Below the pieces are notes generated by a model. That model was given only the letters and a program-made list of their open reading frames with translations. It was not told the origin of the DNA and did not search any database. From NCBI GenBank assembly GCA_963205105.1, contig CAUJJW010000337.1, positions 5,909-69,908 of the forward strand: a stretch of 64,000 nt of DNA. The letters are read 5' to 3'. The position numbers and the translations under genes were made by a program. Numbering within the stretch: the first letter of the stretch is position 1; each line of letters starts with the position of its first letter. This DNA is from Verrucomicrobiota bacterium (GTDB taxonomy: Bacteria; Verrucomicrobiota; Verrucomicrobiia; Limisphaerales; CAIMTB01). Below are positions 9,036-17,619 of the stretch, one piece after another.

Positions 9036-9935
9036 ATGGGAATTTCAGCGACCAACGCCCGGCTGCTGCTCGATTGCCGGCGCAACGGGATGGCCTTCAA
9101 TCGAACCCTCATGCTGGGACGACAAAACGTCTACATGAGTGCGCCAGAGTCGGATGCGTTGATCCGATCCATGGGCATGGCGACGACGGACCGTCTGCTC
9201 GGGGCGGTGAAGAGGTCCGGGGAATTCGCCGAAGGCTTCTTCACAGCCCTGGGGGCGACAGTCGTTGATAGCATGGATGCGTCGGGTTTTGAGGGGGCGA
9301 CACGGGTTCATGACCTGAACACGCCGGTGCCCGAGGCGTGGTGGGAAAGTTACGATGTGGTGTACGACGGCGGAACGTTGGAGCACGTGTTCGACTTTCC
9401 CAGGGCCATCGGAAACGCGATGCGCATGACGCGGGTGGGCGGTCACCTGATTCTTCATACCCCGGCCAACAACATGCTGGGTCACGGGCTTTACCAATTC
9501 AGCCCCGAGCTGTTCTTTCGCGTGCTGGGGCCGGTGAACGGGTTCGAGATGAAGCGGGTATGGGTGGTCGAGGACGGCGTCTGGGCCAAGCCCTATGAGG
9601 CGACGGATCCCCTGAAAGCGGGCGTTCGTGGCGAGATGGCGAATCGTGTCCCGGTTTGGTTGCACGTGGAGGCCCGCAAAACCGGACCCACGCCAGCCGT
9701 CCTAACCCAGATCCAGCAGAGCGACTATCAGACCCGCTGGGACAAGACGGGATCGGCACCCGAGACGGTCCAGCACCTCAGCGACCCGCATCATTGGGTG
9801 AATCCACGGCTGAGGCAGTTCCTACTCGCCAATTTCCCGGGGCTGACCCGGCGGCTGGAGCGGTTCGTGGGGATCTACCTGGCGGCCGGCGCCTCGTTCC
9901 GCAACCGCGCGGCGTACCGACGGCTGCGTTGGTGA
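9036..9935 (+). CDS. Class I SAM-dependent methyltransferase
   Basis: 'YDVVYDGGTLEHVFDFPRAIGNAMRMTRVGGHLIL' resembles the Methyltransf_11/23 post-I to motif III region. Start chosen at ATG 9036. Confidence 0.55.
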   Translation: MGISATNARLLLDCRRNGMAFNRTLMLGRQNVYMSAPESDALIRSMGMATTDRLLGAVKRSGEFAEGFFTALGATVVDSMDASGFEGATRVHDLNTPVPEAWWESYDVVYDGGTLEHVFDFPRAIGNAMRMTRVGGHLILHTPANNMLGHGLYQFSPELFFRVLGPVNGFEMKRVWVVEDGVWAKPYEATDPLKAGVRGEMANRVPVWLHVEARKTGPTPAVLTQIQQSDYQTRWDKTGSAPETVQHLSDPHHWVNPRLRQFLLANFPGLTRRLERFVGIYLAAGASFRNRAAYRRLRW

Positions 9936-9939
9936 TGGT

Positions 9940-11556
9940 TCAGGGGGTGGGAACGACGAAATAAAAGGCCGGGTTCACCACGATGCCGGCGTCGTTGTCG
10001 GTGTAGAGAATTTCGGGGCCGGTGGCGGTGATTTCAGCGATCCGTATCGGATTGGGATCGGAGAGCGATGACCGTCGGAGGATCTGGTATTTCTGGCCGG
10101 GCACGGTGACGAACCGAAGTTCGGGGACCGCGCGAACGTTGAGATGGAATCCGGATCTGGGATCGTTCGGGTCGGTGCTGGCCAGGAACTCCTGGAGGTT
10201 GGTGGAGCCATCACCATCGGGATCGGTTTCGGCGCCGGCGCGAGGATCGGTCCGGAAATCCTGGCCGAAGTGCTGTTGGCGCCAAGCGGTGGGGATGCCG
10301 TCGTTGTCGAAGGCGTAGATCCTGCGGTAAATCTTCGCGACGATCTCTGAAACGGGGAAACCGTTGAAGAAGGCGCGCGCCTTGAGAACGGTCGAGTTGG
10401 TCAGCTGGATGGGAGAATCGTACAGCGCGGAGGTCTGCGCGGGATCCGAGCGGTCGGCGGTCCAGTGGAGCAAGGCTCCCGAAAGGCTGGTGCTCAAGGC
10501 GACATGGACCTGGTTGGTGAAGTATTCCTCGACCGGGGAGAAGTAGATGCGGGGATCGGGCTCATAGGAGGCTGATCGGATGTCGCTCACTGGAAACCCG
10601 TTCAGAAAGGCCCGCGCACGGATGGTGAAGGACCCGGTGACGGGCAGCGAAAATGGCCCGGTGTAGGCGGTGGAAGTGATGGTGGGGTCGGTGTCATCCA
10701 GGGTGTACCGGATTTGTCCGCCGACGACGGTGGTGTCGAGGGTGATCGTGACAGGATTGGACACAGGACCCGAGGCGGGAGAGAACGTGATGACCTCGCG
10801 CTGGTTGAGGTTGAGGCCCGGGTGGGTGTGGAGGAAGTCGATCGACGCCTGGTCGAGGGCGGTGCCGTAGACCTGAACCTCATCGATCCAGCCGTTGAAC
10901 CGGCGGGCGGGAGGAGGCGGATCGACAGCGCCGACCATGAAATCGGCGGCGGACAGGATGACAGTGCCTCCTTGGGCGGTGGCGACCGGTGGGCCGCCGT
11001 CGATGTGAAAGCGCACATCACCCTCGATGCTGACGGCGAGGACGGCATGGTGCCACTGTCCGTCGTTGACGGTGACGCTGGTCCGAAAGAAGGCCCCGGC
11101 GCCGCCGTAACCCGCCATGGTTCCTCCGTCGCCGTTCAGCAACACATAGTACCCGTTCTCGAACCAAGGAGTGTGTTTGCCGAAGAGCACGGCCTCGGGC
11201 GTGGTGTCGCCCGGAGGGGTCCTGAACCAAGCCGAAATTGAATAGGCGGTGTTGGAGAGAGGAAGGATCTTGCCGAAATTCACCGAGGCGGAAGGAGAAA
11301 TGCCGGGGTGGATGGCGATGGCCGAGCCGGCGATGCCGGCATTCGTAAAGGTCGCTCCGGCAGCCAGAACGCCGGGAAACCTTCCCTTGATATCGGCCGT
11401 TGATGTACCGCTGCCCTCATCGAATCGCCAGTGGGCGATCAGGTTGGTGGATGCGGCGCCGACCGATTGGCCTGGAACAGCAGGTGGCATCAGAGCCCAC
11501 CACAACAGCAGAACGCTTAGAACGGTGCGACGGACAACACATCCATAGAGGCTCAT
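9940..11556 (-). CDS. LamG/concanavalin-like surface protein with the same C-terminal cassette as 6486..8861
   Basis: Signal peptide from ATG 11556. 'HWRFDEGSGT' and 'GQWHHAVLAV' LamG-type motifs. The C-terminal 284 aa are colinear with the FG-GAP protein tail. Confidence 0.75.
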   Translation of the reverse strand: MSLYGCVVRRTVLSVLLLWWALMPPAVPGQSVGAASTNLIAHWRFDEGSGTSTADIKGRFPGVLAAGATFTNAGIAGSAIAIHPGISPSASVNFGKILPLSNTAYSISAWFRTPPGDTTPEAVLFGKHTPWFENGYYVLLNGDGGTMAGYGGAGAFFRTSVTVNDGQWHHAVLAVSIEGDVRFHIDGGPPVATAQGGTVILSAADFMVGAVDPPPPARRFNGWIDEVQVYGTALDQASIDFLHTHPGLNLNQREVITFSPASGPVSNPVTITLDTTVVGGQIRYTLDDTDPTITSTAYTGPFSLPVTGSFTIRARAFLNGFPVSDIRSASYEPDPRIYFSPVEEYFTNQVHVALSTSLSGALLHWTADRSDPAQTSALYDSPIQLTNSTVLKARAFFNGFPVSEIVAKIYRRIYAFDNDGIPTAWRQQHFGQDFRTDPRAGAETDPDGDGSTNLQEFLASTDPNDPRSGFHLNVRAVPELRFVTVPGQKYQILRRSSLSDPNPIRIAEITATGPEILYTDNDAGIVVNPAFYFVVPTP

Positions 11557-11630
11557 GGCGGAGGGAAGGTGAACGCCGACCAATCAAGCCTGTCGGGCCA
11601 AGAACCGCAAGAGGCATGCCGGCTGTCGAA

Positions 11631-12560
11631 TCACCGCGTTGTCGGTGATGCCGAGAACGATTCCAGCGCGCGGATCGCCGCATCGACCGTCAAACCCGCC
11701 TGGGTTCGCAGGTACTCCTGAGAACCGACCACCGAGGTCAGTGTTTCGGGCACGATCAGACTCCTCATCCGAATTCCGTCCGGGGCGAGTTCACGCAGAA
11801 GCGATCCGAACCCGCCGGCGAGCACGTGCTCCTCGAAGGTGACGATCCGCGGGTACTTCCAGAGTTCTGCGAAGGCTTCGCGATCCGCGGGTTTGAGTCG
11901 GGAACAGGAGAAGACCGTGACCGGTTGTCCCTGGGCGGCGAGGCGTTCGGCGGCTTCCAAGGCGACGGAAAGTACCGAACCGGTGGCCGCGAAAGCGATG
12001 GAGGCAGGGCCGGCGGATGCGGGCTTCGACACCCGGATCGGTCCGAGAGAGCTTCCCTGGACGGTGTGAAGCGTCTTTTCGCCGGCTTTGCCCAGGCGCA
12101 AGTAGGACGGGCCTGGATTCTCAGCCAGCCACTGCACCGCTTCGGCGGCTTCGCCGGGATCAGCGGGGCTGAGGAGCGTCAGGTTCGGCAGCGGACGAAG
12201 CGCGGCGATGTCATGGATGCCGTGGTGTGAGAAACCGAGATTGCCGTAGGCCAGACCGGCACCGACGGCGACCACGGTGACGGGCAAACGGTGGTAACAA
12301 ACGTCGTTCCGGATCTGTTCCAGGCATCGGAGCGTCGGGAAATTCGCGATGGAATAGGTGAAGACGTGCCAGCCCTCCGAGGCGAGGCCGGCGGCGAGCG
12401 AGGTCATGTTCTGCTCGGCGACACCGGCGTTCAGGAAGCGGTCAGGGAACTCGGAAGCGAAGGGTTCGACGACCGAGTAGCCGAGGTCGCCGACAACCAG
12501 GAAGATCCGGGGATGCGTCCGGGCCTGGCGGATGAGCTCCTGAATGAAGGCGGTCCGCAT
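11631..12560 (-). CDS. Transketolase, C-terminal (pyrimidine-binding) subunit
   Basis: 'FLNAGVAEQNMTSLAAGLASEGW.VFTYSIANF' and length match split transketolase B subunits. Confidence 0.85.
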   Translation of the reverse strand: MRTAFIQELIRQARTHPRIFLVVGDLGYSVVEPFASEFPDRFLNAGVAEQNMTSLAAGLASEGWHVFTYSIANFPTLRCLEQIRNDVCYHRLPVTVVAVGAGLAYGNLGFSHHGIHDIAALRPLPNLTLLSPADPGEAAEAVQWLAENPGPSYLRLGKAGEKTLHTVQGSSLGPIRVSKPASAGPASIAFAATGSVLSVALEAAERLAAQGQPVTVFSCSRLKPADREAFAELWKYPRIVTFEEHVLAGGFGSLLRELAPDGIRMRSLIVPETLTSVVGSQEYLRTQAGLTVDAAIRALESFSASPTTR

Positions 12561-12563
12561 GGG

Positions 12564-13397
12564 TCAGTCGGGGCAGCCGAGTTGGCGAAGGGCATCGGCG
12601 AGCTGTGCCGGGCTGGGAGACTTGTAATGCCACGCCAGCTGATCCTGCATGAAGTCGACGCCGCGCCCCTTGGTGGTGTGGGCGATGAGGCAGGAAGGAC
12701 GGCCGGGTTCCCAGGGGACGGTTTCGAGAGCGTCCCGAATGGCGTTGTGGTCATGGCCAGCGACCTCGCGGACGGCCCAGCGGAAGGCGCGGAACTTGTC
12801 GGCGAGCGGGTGGAGTTCGGCGACCTCGGCAACGGAGCCGAGGCTTTGGATTTTGTTGTAGTCGACGAGGGCGACCAGGTTGTCGAGGCGATGTTGGGGG
12901 GCGAGCAGGATGGCTTCCCAATTGGAACCCTCGTCGAGTTCGCCGTCGCTGAGCAGGGTGAAGACGCGCCAGGGTTTGCGATCGCGTTGAGCGGCGAGGG
13001 CTTTGCCGAGTCCGAAGGGAAGGCCGTGTCCGAGAGAACCGGTACTGAACTCGACGCCGGGAACCTTGTGGCTGATGTGGGCCATGAGGCGGGAGCCGTC
13101 CTGGCCGTAAGTCGCGAGTTCGCTTTCAGGGAAAAAGCCGCGGAGGGCGAGCGTGGCGTAGACGGCGGTGCAGCTGTGTCCCTTGCTCAGGAGGAAACGA
13201 TCTCGATCGGGCCAATCGGGCTGATCCGGGCGGTGACGAAGGACGCCGGAGTACAGCACGGCGAGCAGATCGGCCATCGAGAGGGCGCCTGCGACATGGG
13301 AAGCCTTGGCGCGGGTGACCATGCGCAGGGCATGGGCGCGAATGGCGGCGGCGAGGTCGACACTGGAGCGAATGGTTGGGGCAGGTTCTGTGCGCAC
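12564..13397 (-). CDS. Transketolase, N-terminal (ThDP-binding) subunit
   Basis: 'RDRFLLSKGH', 'GSLGHGLPFGLG', 'LLSDGELDEGSNWEA', 'VDYNKIQ'. The ORF track starts at 13571, but 13402-13474 is a REP repeat, so I propose GTG 13397. The start is uncertain. Confidence 0.75.
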   Translation of the reverse strand: MRTEPAPTIRSSVDLAAAIRAHALRMVTRAKASHVAGALSMADLLAVLYSGVLRHRPDQPDWPDRDRFLLSKGHSCTAVYATLALRGFFPESELATYGQDGSRLMAHISHKVPGVEFSTGSLGHGLPFGLGKALAAQRDRKPWRVFTLLSDGELDEGSNWEAILLAPQHRLDNLVALVDYNKIQSLGSVAEVAELHPLADKFRAFRWAVREVAGHDHNAIRDALETVPWEPGRPSCLIAHTTKGRGVDFMQDQLAWHYKSPSPAQLADALRQLGCPD

Positions 13398-13401
13398 GGT
13401 T

Positions 13402-13474
13402 ACTGAACCGGGTGGCCCGCCGGGCGAGACGCCCGACTCTACGGCAGGCGGGACGCCCACCGCTACCGAGGGTA
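13402..13474. repeat. REP-like double-hairpin unit
   Basis: 'cgggcgagacgcccg.ctctacggcaggcgggacgcccaccgctac' ending in 'ggttcatgg'. Same family as 30716-30780 and 45316-45382. Confidence 0.8.
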
Positions 13475-13503
13475 GGTTCATGGGCAGAGGCTCGGACATC
13501 CGG

Positions 13504-15117
13504 TCAGCGGGCGAGGATGTCGCGGATTTGGGCGCAGACGTAGGCGACCTCTTCGCGGGCGAGGCAGACACCGCTGGGCAGGTTGATGGCGCGCAGTCCG
13601 ATGCGCAGGGCGTTGGGCTGGGGCGTCTGGGGTGTGGGCCAGATTGGGTATTGGCTGATGGCAGGGAACACCGCGCGGGTGTCGACCTTGCGAGCCTTGA
13701 GTTCCTTCATGAGATCGTCGCGGGAAATGGGGGACGATTCATGCACCAGAATGCTGGTCATCCAATAGATGCTCCGCGCCCAGGAAGCTTCCCGGTTGAG
13801 GGAGAGATGTGGCACACCGGCGAGACCTTCTTCGTACCAGCGGAAGACGCGGCGCTTGGCTTCGACCATGGCGTCGTTGCGCTCGAGTTGGCCGAGGCCG
13901 ATGGCGGCGAGAGTGTTGGCCAGTTTGTATTTCCAGCCACGGTGGGCGATCCAGAAGGTGCCGGGCACGCGGCCTTGATCCCAAATCGTATAGACCTTCT
14001 TGTAGAGTTCGTCGTCGTTGGTCAGGAGCATCCCGCCCTCCCCGGTGACGGCGAGTTTGGCCCCCTGGAAGCTGAACGCGGCGAAATGGCCAAAGGAGCC
14101 GGTTCGCCGTCCGAGAACTTCCGCGCCGATCGACGGGGCGGCATCCTCGACAACGGAAAGGCCGTGTTCGTTGGCGATCTTGAGGATTTCGTCCATGCGG
14201 CAGGGATGTCCGTACAAGTGGACGGGCATGACTGCCTTGGTGCGGGGCGTGATCTTGGATCGGAACGATTCGGGATCGAGGGTCCAGGTCTCGGGGTCGA
14301 CATCGGCGAACACCGGTGTGGCGCCGACATAAAGAACTGCGTTGCCGGTGGCGACCCAGGTGATGTCCGGAACGATGACTTCGTCGCCGGGTCCGATGCC
14401 GAGGGCGGCGAGGGCGAGGTGAAGGGCTCCGGTGCAACTGGAGGTGGCGAGGGCGTACTTGGCGCCGATGTACTGGGCGAACGACTGCTCGAAGGCCTTG
14501 AGGTACTTGGCCCATTGATCGTTCCAGCCGTACTTGGCGGCATCGAAGGCGTAGGAAGCCTCGCGCGCGGAGATGGACGGGCCGGCGGTGAGGATCATCT
14601 TTTCGCCTCCGCGCCAATTCGCCCGGCGGCTCAGGACGATTGGGTCGTCGCCAGGCTGGCTGGTTGCCGCAAGGGAATCGGAGCGGATGGGCAGATCACG
14701 GATCGCGTCGCCGAAGAGCGTGCGAAGTGAGGAGAGCGACGCCGTGCAGTGTTCCGGCCAGAGGGTTTCCTCGGACCACCGGACGATTTCGCGCACGGCC
14801 TCGGCGAGTTCACCTCCGCACGGATCCCCATCAACCTGGGCGAGGGTGAGGTTGGGAGCGGAAAGCTGGAGGACCACCCGGCCGCGGTTTTGGAGGGTTT
14901 TTGAGACGACGAGGAACGCGCACTGGTCGGGGTTGGCGAGAATGGCGTCGTCGGCGGGGGAAGTGCGGTTGGCCTGGGTGAGGGGGACGGCGAGTCCTCC
15001 GGAGGTGGGGAGGTGTAGGCCGCGGCTGAAGGTGCCTTCGAGGTGGTTGGCGGCCTTGAGGAAGGCGAACTCCCGGCGCACGCTGGTGGCGAAGGAGGAC
15101 GGGGGAACGGTGTTCAT
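13504..15117 (-). CDS. DegT/DnrJ/EryC1/StrS-family sugar aminotransferase with a ~170-aa N-terminal extension of unknown function
   Basis: The C-terminal ~360 aa carry 'ATSSCTGALHLALAALGIGPGDEVIVPDITW' and 'FSFQGAKL'. The start at 15117 leaves a 16-nt gap to the upstream gene. Confidence 0.8.
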   Translation of the reverse strand: MNTVPPSSFATSVRREFAFLKAANHLEGTFSRGLHLPTSGGLAVPLTQANRTSPADDAILANPDQCAFLVVSKTLQNRGRVVLQLSAPNLTLAQVDGDPCGGELAEAVREIVRWSEETLWPEHCTASLSSLRTLFGDAIRDLPIRSDSLAATSQPGDDPIVLSRRANWRGGEKMILTAGPSISAREASYAFDAAKYGWNDQWAKYLKAFEQSFAQYIGAKYALATSSCTGALHLALAALGIGPGDEVIVPDITWVATGNAVLYVGATPVFADVDPETWTLDPESFRSKITPRTKAVMPVHLYGHPCRMDEILKIANEHGLSVVEDAAPSIGAEVLGRRTGSFGHFAAFSFQGAKLAVTGEGGMLLTNDDELYKKVYTIWDQGRVPGTFWIAHRGWKYKLANTLAAIGLGQLERNDAMVEAKRRVFRWYEEGLAGVPHLSLNREASWARSIYWMTSILVHESSPISRDDLMKELKARKVDTRAVFPAISQYPIWPTPQTPQPNALRIGLRAINLPSGVCLAREEVAYVCAQIRDILAR

Positions 15118-15133
15118 CGGGGGAAGAAAAACC

Positions 15134-16237
15134 TCAGGTCAATTCGCGGATACGCCGACAGACGAGCGCAACGTCCTCTTCGGTGAGGCAGAATGCGCCC
15201 GGCAGGAGCACGCCATGGGTTTCGATGAGGGCGCAGACCGGGGTGTCGCCCTTGTGTTGAAACATGGGCATCGGGCTCTGGCGGGGCTGAGCGGGGCGGG
15301 CGTCGATGTTGTCGAGCTTGAGCTTGGCGAAGAGCTCGGCGCGGGTCACCCGGGCGCCAGGCTTCAGCAGCATGGGCGGGTAGCAGTAAGTGCTCTTGGT
15401 TCCCGGGGCCTCGCGAATGAGCTTCACGTTGGGGGCATCGCCGAGGCGCGCTTCATACCAGGCCCAGATCTGGCGCTTCTTGGCCAGCAGTTCCTCGATG
15501 CGATCCATCTGCGCCGCGGCGAGGGCTGCCGGCAGGTTGGGCATGCCGTAGTTGAAGCCGATGAAATCGGACCAGTAGGTCATGACCGAGTCGGTGCGGC
15601 CATAGGAGGCGAGCTGTCGGGCCTTGAGAATGGCGTCGTCGCGGTTGGTCACGAATGCGCCGCCCTGGCCGGCGATGGCGATCTTGGCGCCCTGAAAGCT
15701 GAACGAGGCGGTATCGCCGAGGGTGCCGATTTTGCGACCACGGTATTCGGCTCCGAGGGCTGGGGCGCCGTCCTCCATGACCACGAGCTGGTGTTTTTGG
15801 GCGATGTCGAGCAGATCGTCCATGGCGCAGGGGTGCCCGTTCCAGTGGACGGGCATCAGGGCCTTGGATCGGGGTGAGAGACAGCGGCGGACGGAATCGG
15901 GGGCGAGACACCAGGTTTCGGGATCGACGTCGGCGAAGATGGGGGTGGCGCCGGTGTAGGCGACGGCGAGGGCGGTGGCGACGCAACTGGCGTCGGGCAC
16001 GATCACTTCATCGCCGGGGCCGATGCCGAGGCTGGCGAGCCCGAGGTGCATGGCGGCGGTGCCGGAGTTCACGGCCAGGCAGTGGCGGACGCCGAGATAC
16101 TCGCAGATCTTCTTTTCGAGTTTCGAGGCGTGGAGGCGGTAGTTCTCGTAGAAGCCGTTTTGGGCGGCCTCGGCCACGGCGGCGACTTCGGCCTCGGTGA
16201 TCCAAGGGCCGGCGTAGTGAATTTTGCGCTGGGACAT
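15134..16237 (-). CDS. DegT/DnrJ/EryC1/StrS-family sugar aminotransferase
   Basis: 'NSGTAAMHLGLASLGIGPGDEVIVPD', 'FSFQGAKI'. 367 aa is a canonical length. Confidence 0.85.
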   Translation of the reverse strand: MSQRKIHYAGPWITEAEVAAVAEAAQNGFYENYRLHASKLEKKICEYLGVRHCLAVNSGTAAMHLGLASLGIGPGDEVIVPDASCVATALAVAYTGATPIFADVDPETWCLAPDSVRRCLSPRSKALMPVHWNGHPCAMDDLLDIAQKHQLVVMEDGAPALGAEYRGRKIGTLGDTASFSFQGAKIAIAGQGGAFVTNRDDAILKARQLASYGRTDSVMTYWSDFIGFNYGMPNLPAALAAAQMDRIEELLAKKRQIWAWYEARLGDAPNVKLIREAPGTKSTYCYPPMLLKPGARVTRAELFAKLKLDNIDARPAQPRQSPMPMFQHKGDTPVCALIETHGVLLPGAFCLTEEDVALVCRRIRELT

Positions 16238-16243
16238 CGCGGG

Positions 16244-16912
16244 TTAGAAATGACGTTCGCCTGGTTGTCGGCTGCGCACGACGCGGGCAGGCACGCCGTA
16301 GGCAAGACTAAGCGGGGGCACGTCCGCAAGCACGACGGAGCCAGCGCCGATGACGGTGTGGGCTCCGACGTGGACCTTGTGGGCGAGGGTGGCGCCGAGG
16401 CAGACGCAGGAAAACTCGCCGATTTCGACGTTGCCTCCGGTGACGACGCCGGGCAGGAGGCAGGACCAGGGGTGCAGGATCCCGTCGTGATCGAGGGAGG
16501 CCCTGGTATTAACGATACAACCGGTACCGAGGCGGCAATTTGTGTTCACCACGGCCCCGGCGAGGGCGAGGGTACCGGCGCCGACTTCCACATCTCGGGC
16601 GATGACGGAAGCGGGGTGGAGGATGCTGAACAACTCCAGGCTTGGACGGAGCTGTTGGATCATGTCGTGGACCTTGGCGCGGGTGGTGTTGTCGCTGATG
16701 GCGAGGAAGTACCCATCCAGGCGATGCTCGCGGGCCAGGGCATCGAGCTCTGCGGGTTTGCCGAGCACCTGGAGGCCGGCGAGTTCAGTGCCGGCAGCGA
16801 CGAAGGTATCGGTCCAGCCGACGAGGTCGAAGCGGTCCTGGCAACGGGCGGCGTCGAGGGCCACGCGGCCATGGCCGGAGGCTCCGACAAGGACGATTCG
16901 GGGGCGGGTCAT
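16244..16912 (-). CDS. Hexapeptide-repeat sugar N-acetyltransferase (NeuD/PglD family)
   Basis: N-terminal Rossmann-like 'IVLVGASGHGRV' followed by left-handed beta-helix repeats. Confidence 0.8.
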   Translation of the reverse strand: MTRPRIVLVGASGHGRVALDAARCQDRFDLVGWTDTFVAAGTELAGLQVLGKPAELDALAREHRLDGYFLAISDNTTRAKVHDMIQQLRPSLELFSILHPASVIARDVEVGAGTLALAGAVVNTNCRLGTGCIVNTRASLDHDGILHPWSCLLPGVVTGGNVEIGEFSCVCLGATLAHKVHVGAHTVIGAGSVVLADVPPLSLAYGVPARVVRSRQPGERHF

Positions 16913-16921
16913 GGGAGGGGT
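16865..16921. repeat. 57-bp direct repeat, copy 1 (includes the acetyltransferase start codon)
   Basis: Identical base for base to 17563-17619: gcggccatggccggaggctccgacaaggacgattcgggggcgggtcatgggaggggt. Confidence 0.95.
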
Positions 16922-16976
16922 GTGATCGCTGGGTCAGTTCATTGACAACGCCTTGGGAAGGGCGGCAAGTTCCCGC

Positions 16977-17210
16977 ATGGCGTCGCTGCTTAACCGAATC
17001 ACCATCGATCCGGATGTGTGCCACGGCAAACCGGTGATTCGCGGGCTTAGATATCCGGTCGAGAGTGTTCTTGAGTACCTCGCGGCCGGCGACTCGATCG
17101 AGGACGTGCTGGTGGATTTCCCTGACCTGCAACGGGAAGACCTTCTTGCTTGCTTGGAATTTGCGACTCGCTCGTTGCAGGTTCGAAGCCAGCACCTCGT
17201 GTTGACGTGA
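16977..17210 (+). CDS. DUF433-family putative antitoxin
   Basis: 'ITIDPDVCHGKPVIRGLRYPVESVLEYLAAGDSIEDVL.DFPDL..EDL' is the DUF433 signature. Its stop overlaps the partner start (GTGA). Confidence 0.75.
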   Translation: MASLLNRITIDPDVCHGKPVIRGLRYPVESVLEYLAAGDSIEDVLVDFPDLQREDLLACLEFATRSLQVRSQHLVLT

Positions 17211-17560
17211 AGTTCGTGGTCGATGCGCATCTGCCCTTTCGCCTTTGCGAGCTGCTCGTTGCCGCAGGTCATGATTGCGTGCACACGACCCAACTTCCTG
17301 ACGGCAATCGAAGTGCTGACGTAACCCTGATTCAGCTCGCAGTTGCGGAAGGTCGGGTACTCGTCTCGAAGGATGCCGACTTCTATTATGCCTACCTGAC
17401 GGGCCGAGAGTCGTTTCGCCTGCTCCTGGTTCGAACCGGCAACCTTCGCTCCGCGGCCTTGATCGATCTGTTCGGGAGACATCTGGAGGAAATCCTTCAG
17501 GCGCTGAGCAGCCACTCGTTGGTCGAACTGCATTCCATAGGGCCTCGGGCATGCCGCTGA
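17207..17560 (+). CDS. DUF5615-family (PIN-like) putative toxin
   Basis: 'KFVVDAHLP..L...L...GHD..H' N-terminus. GTG 17207 overlaps the DUF433 stop codon by 4 nt. Confidence 0.65.
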   Translation: MKFVVDAHLPFRLCELLVAAGHDCVHTTQLPDGNRSADVTLIQLAVAEGRVLVSKDADFYYAYLTGRESFRLLLVRTGNLRSAALIDLFGRHLEEILQALSSHSLVELHSIGPRACR

Positions 17561-17562
17561 AT

Positions 17563-17619
17563 GCGGCCATGGCCGGAGGCTCCGACAAGGACGATTCGGG
17601 GGCGGGTCATGGGAGGGGT
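17563..17619. repeat. 57-bp direct repeat, copy 2 (abuts the rfbH stop codon)
   Basis: Identical to 16865-16921. It carries a now-orphan copy of the acetyltransferase start and first 15 codons. Confidence 0.95.

Larger units (their letters stand above)
16922..17562 (+). mobile_element. 641-bp inserted cassette carrying a DUF433/DUF5615 toxin-antitoxin pair
   Basis: Bounded exactly by the two 57-bp repeat copies. Opposite orientation to the surrounding operon. Visibly lower GC. No recombinase is present. Confidence 0.55.
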
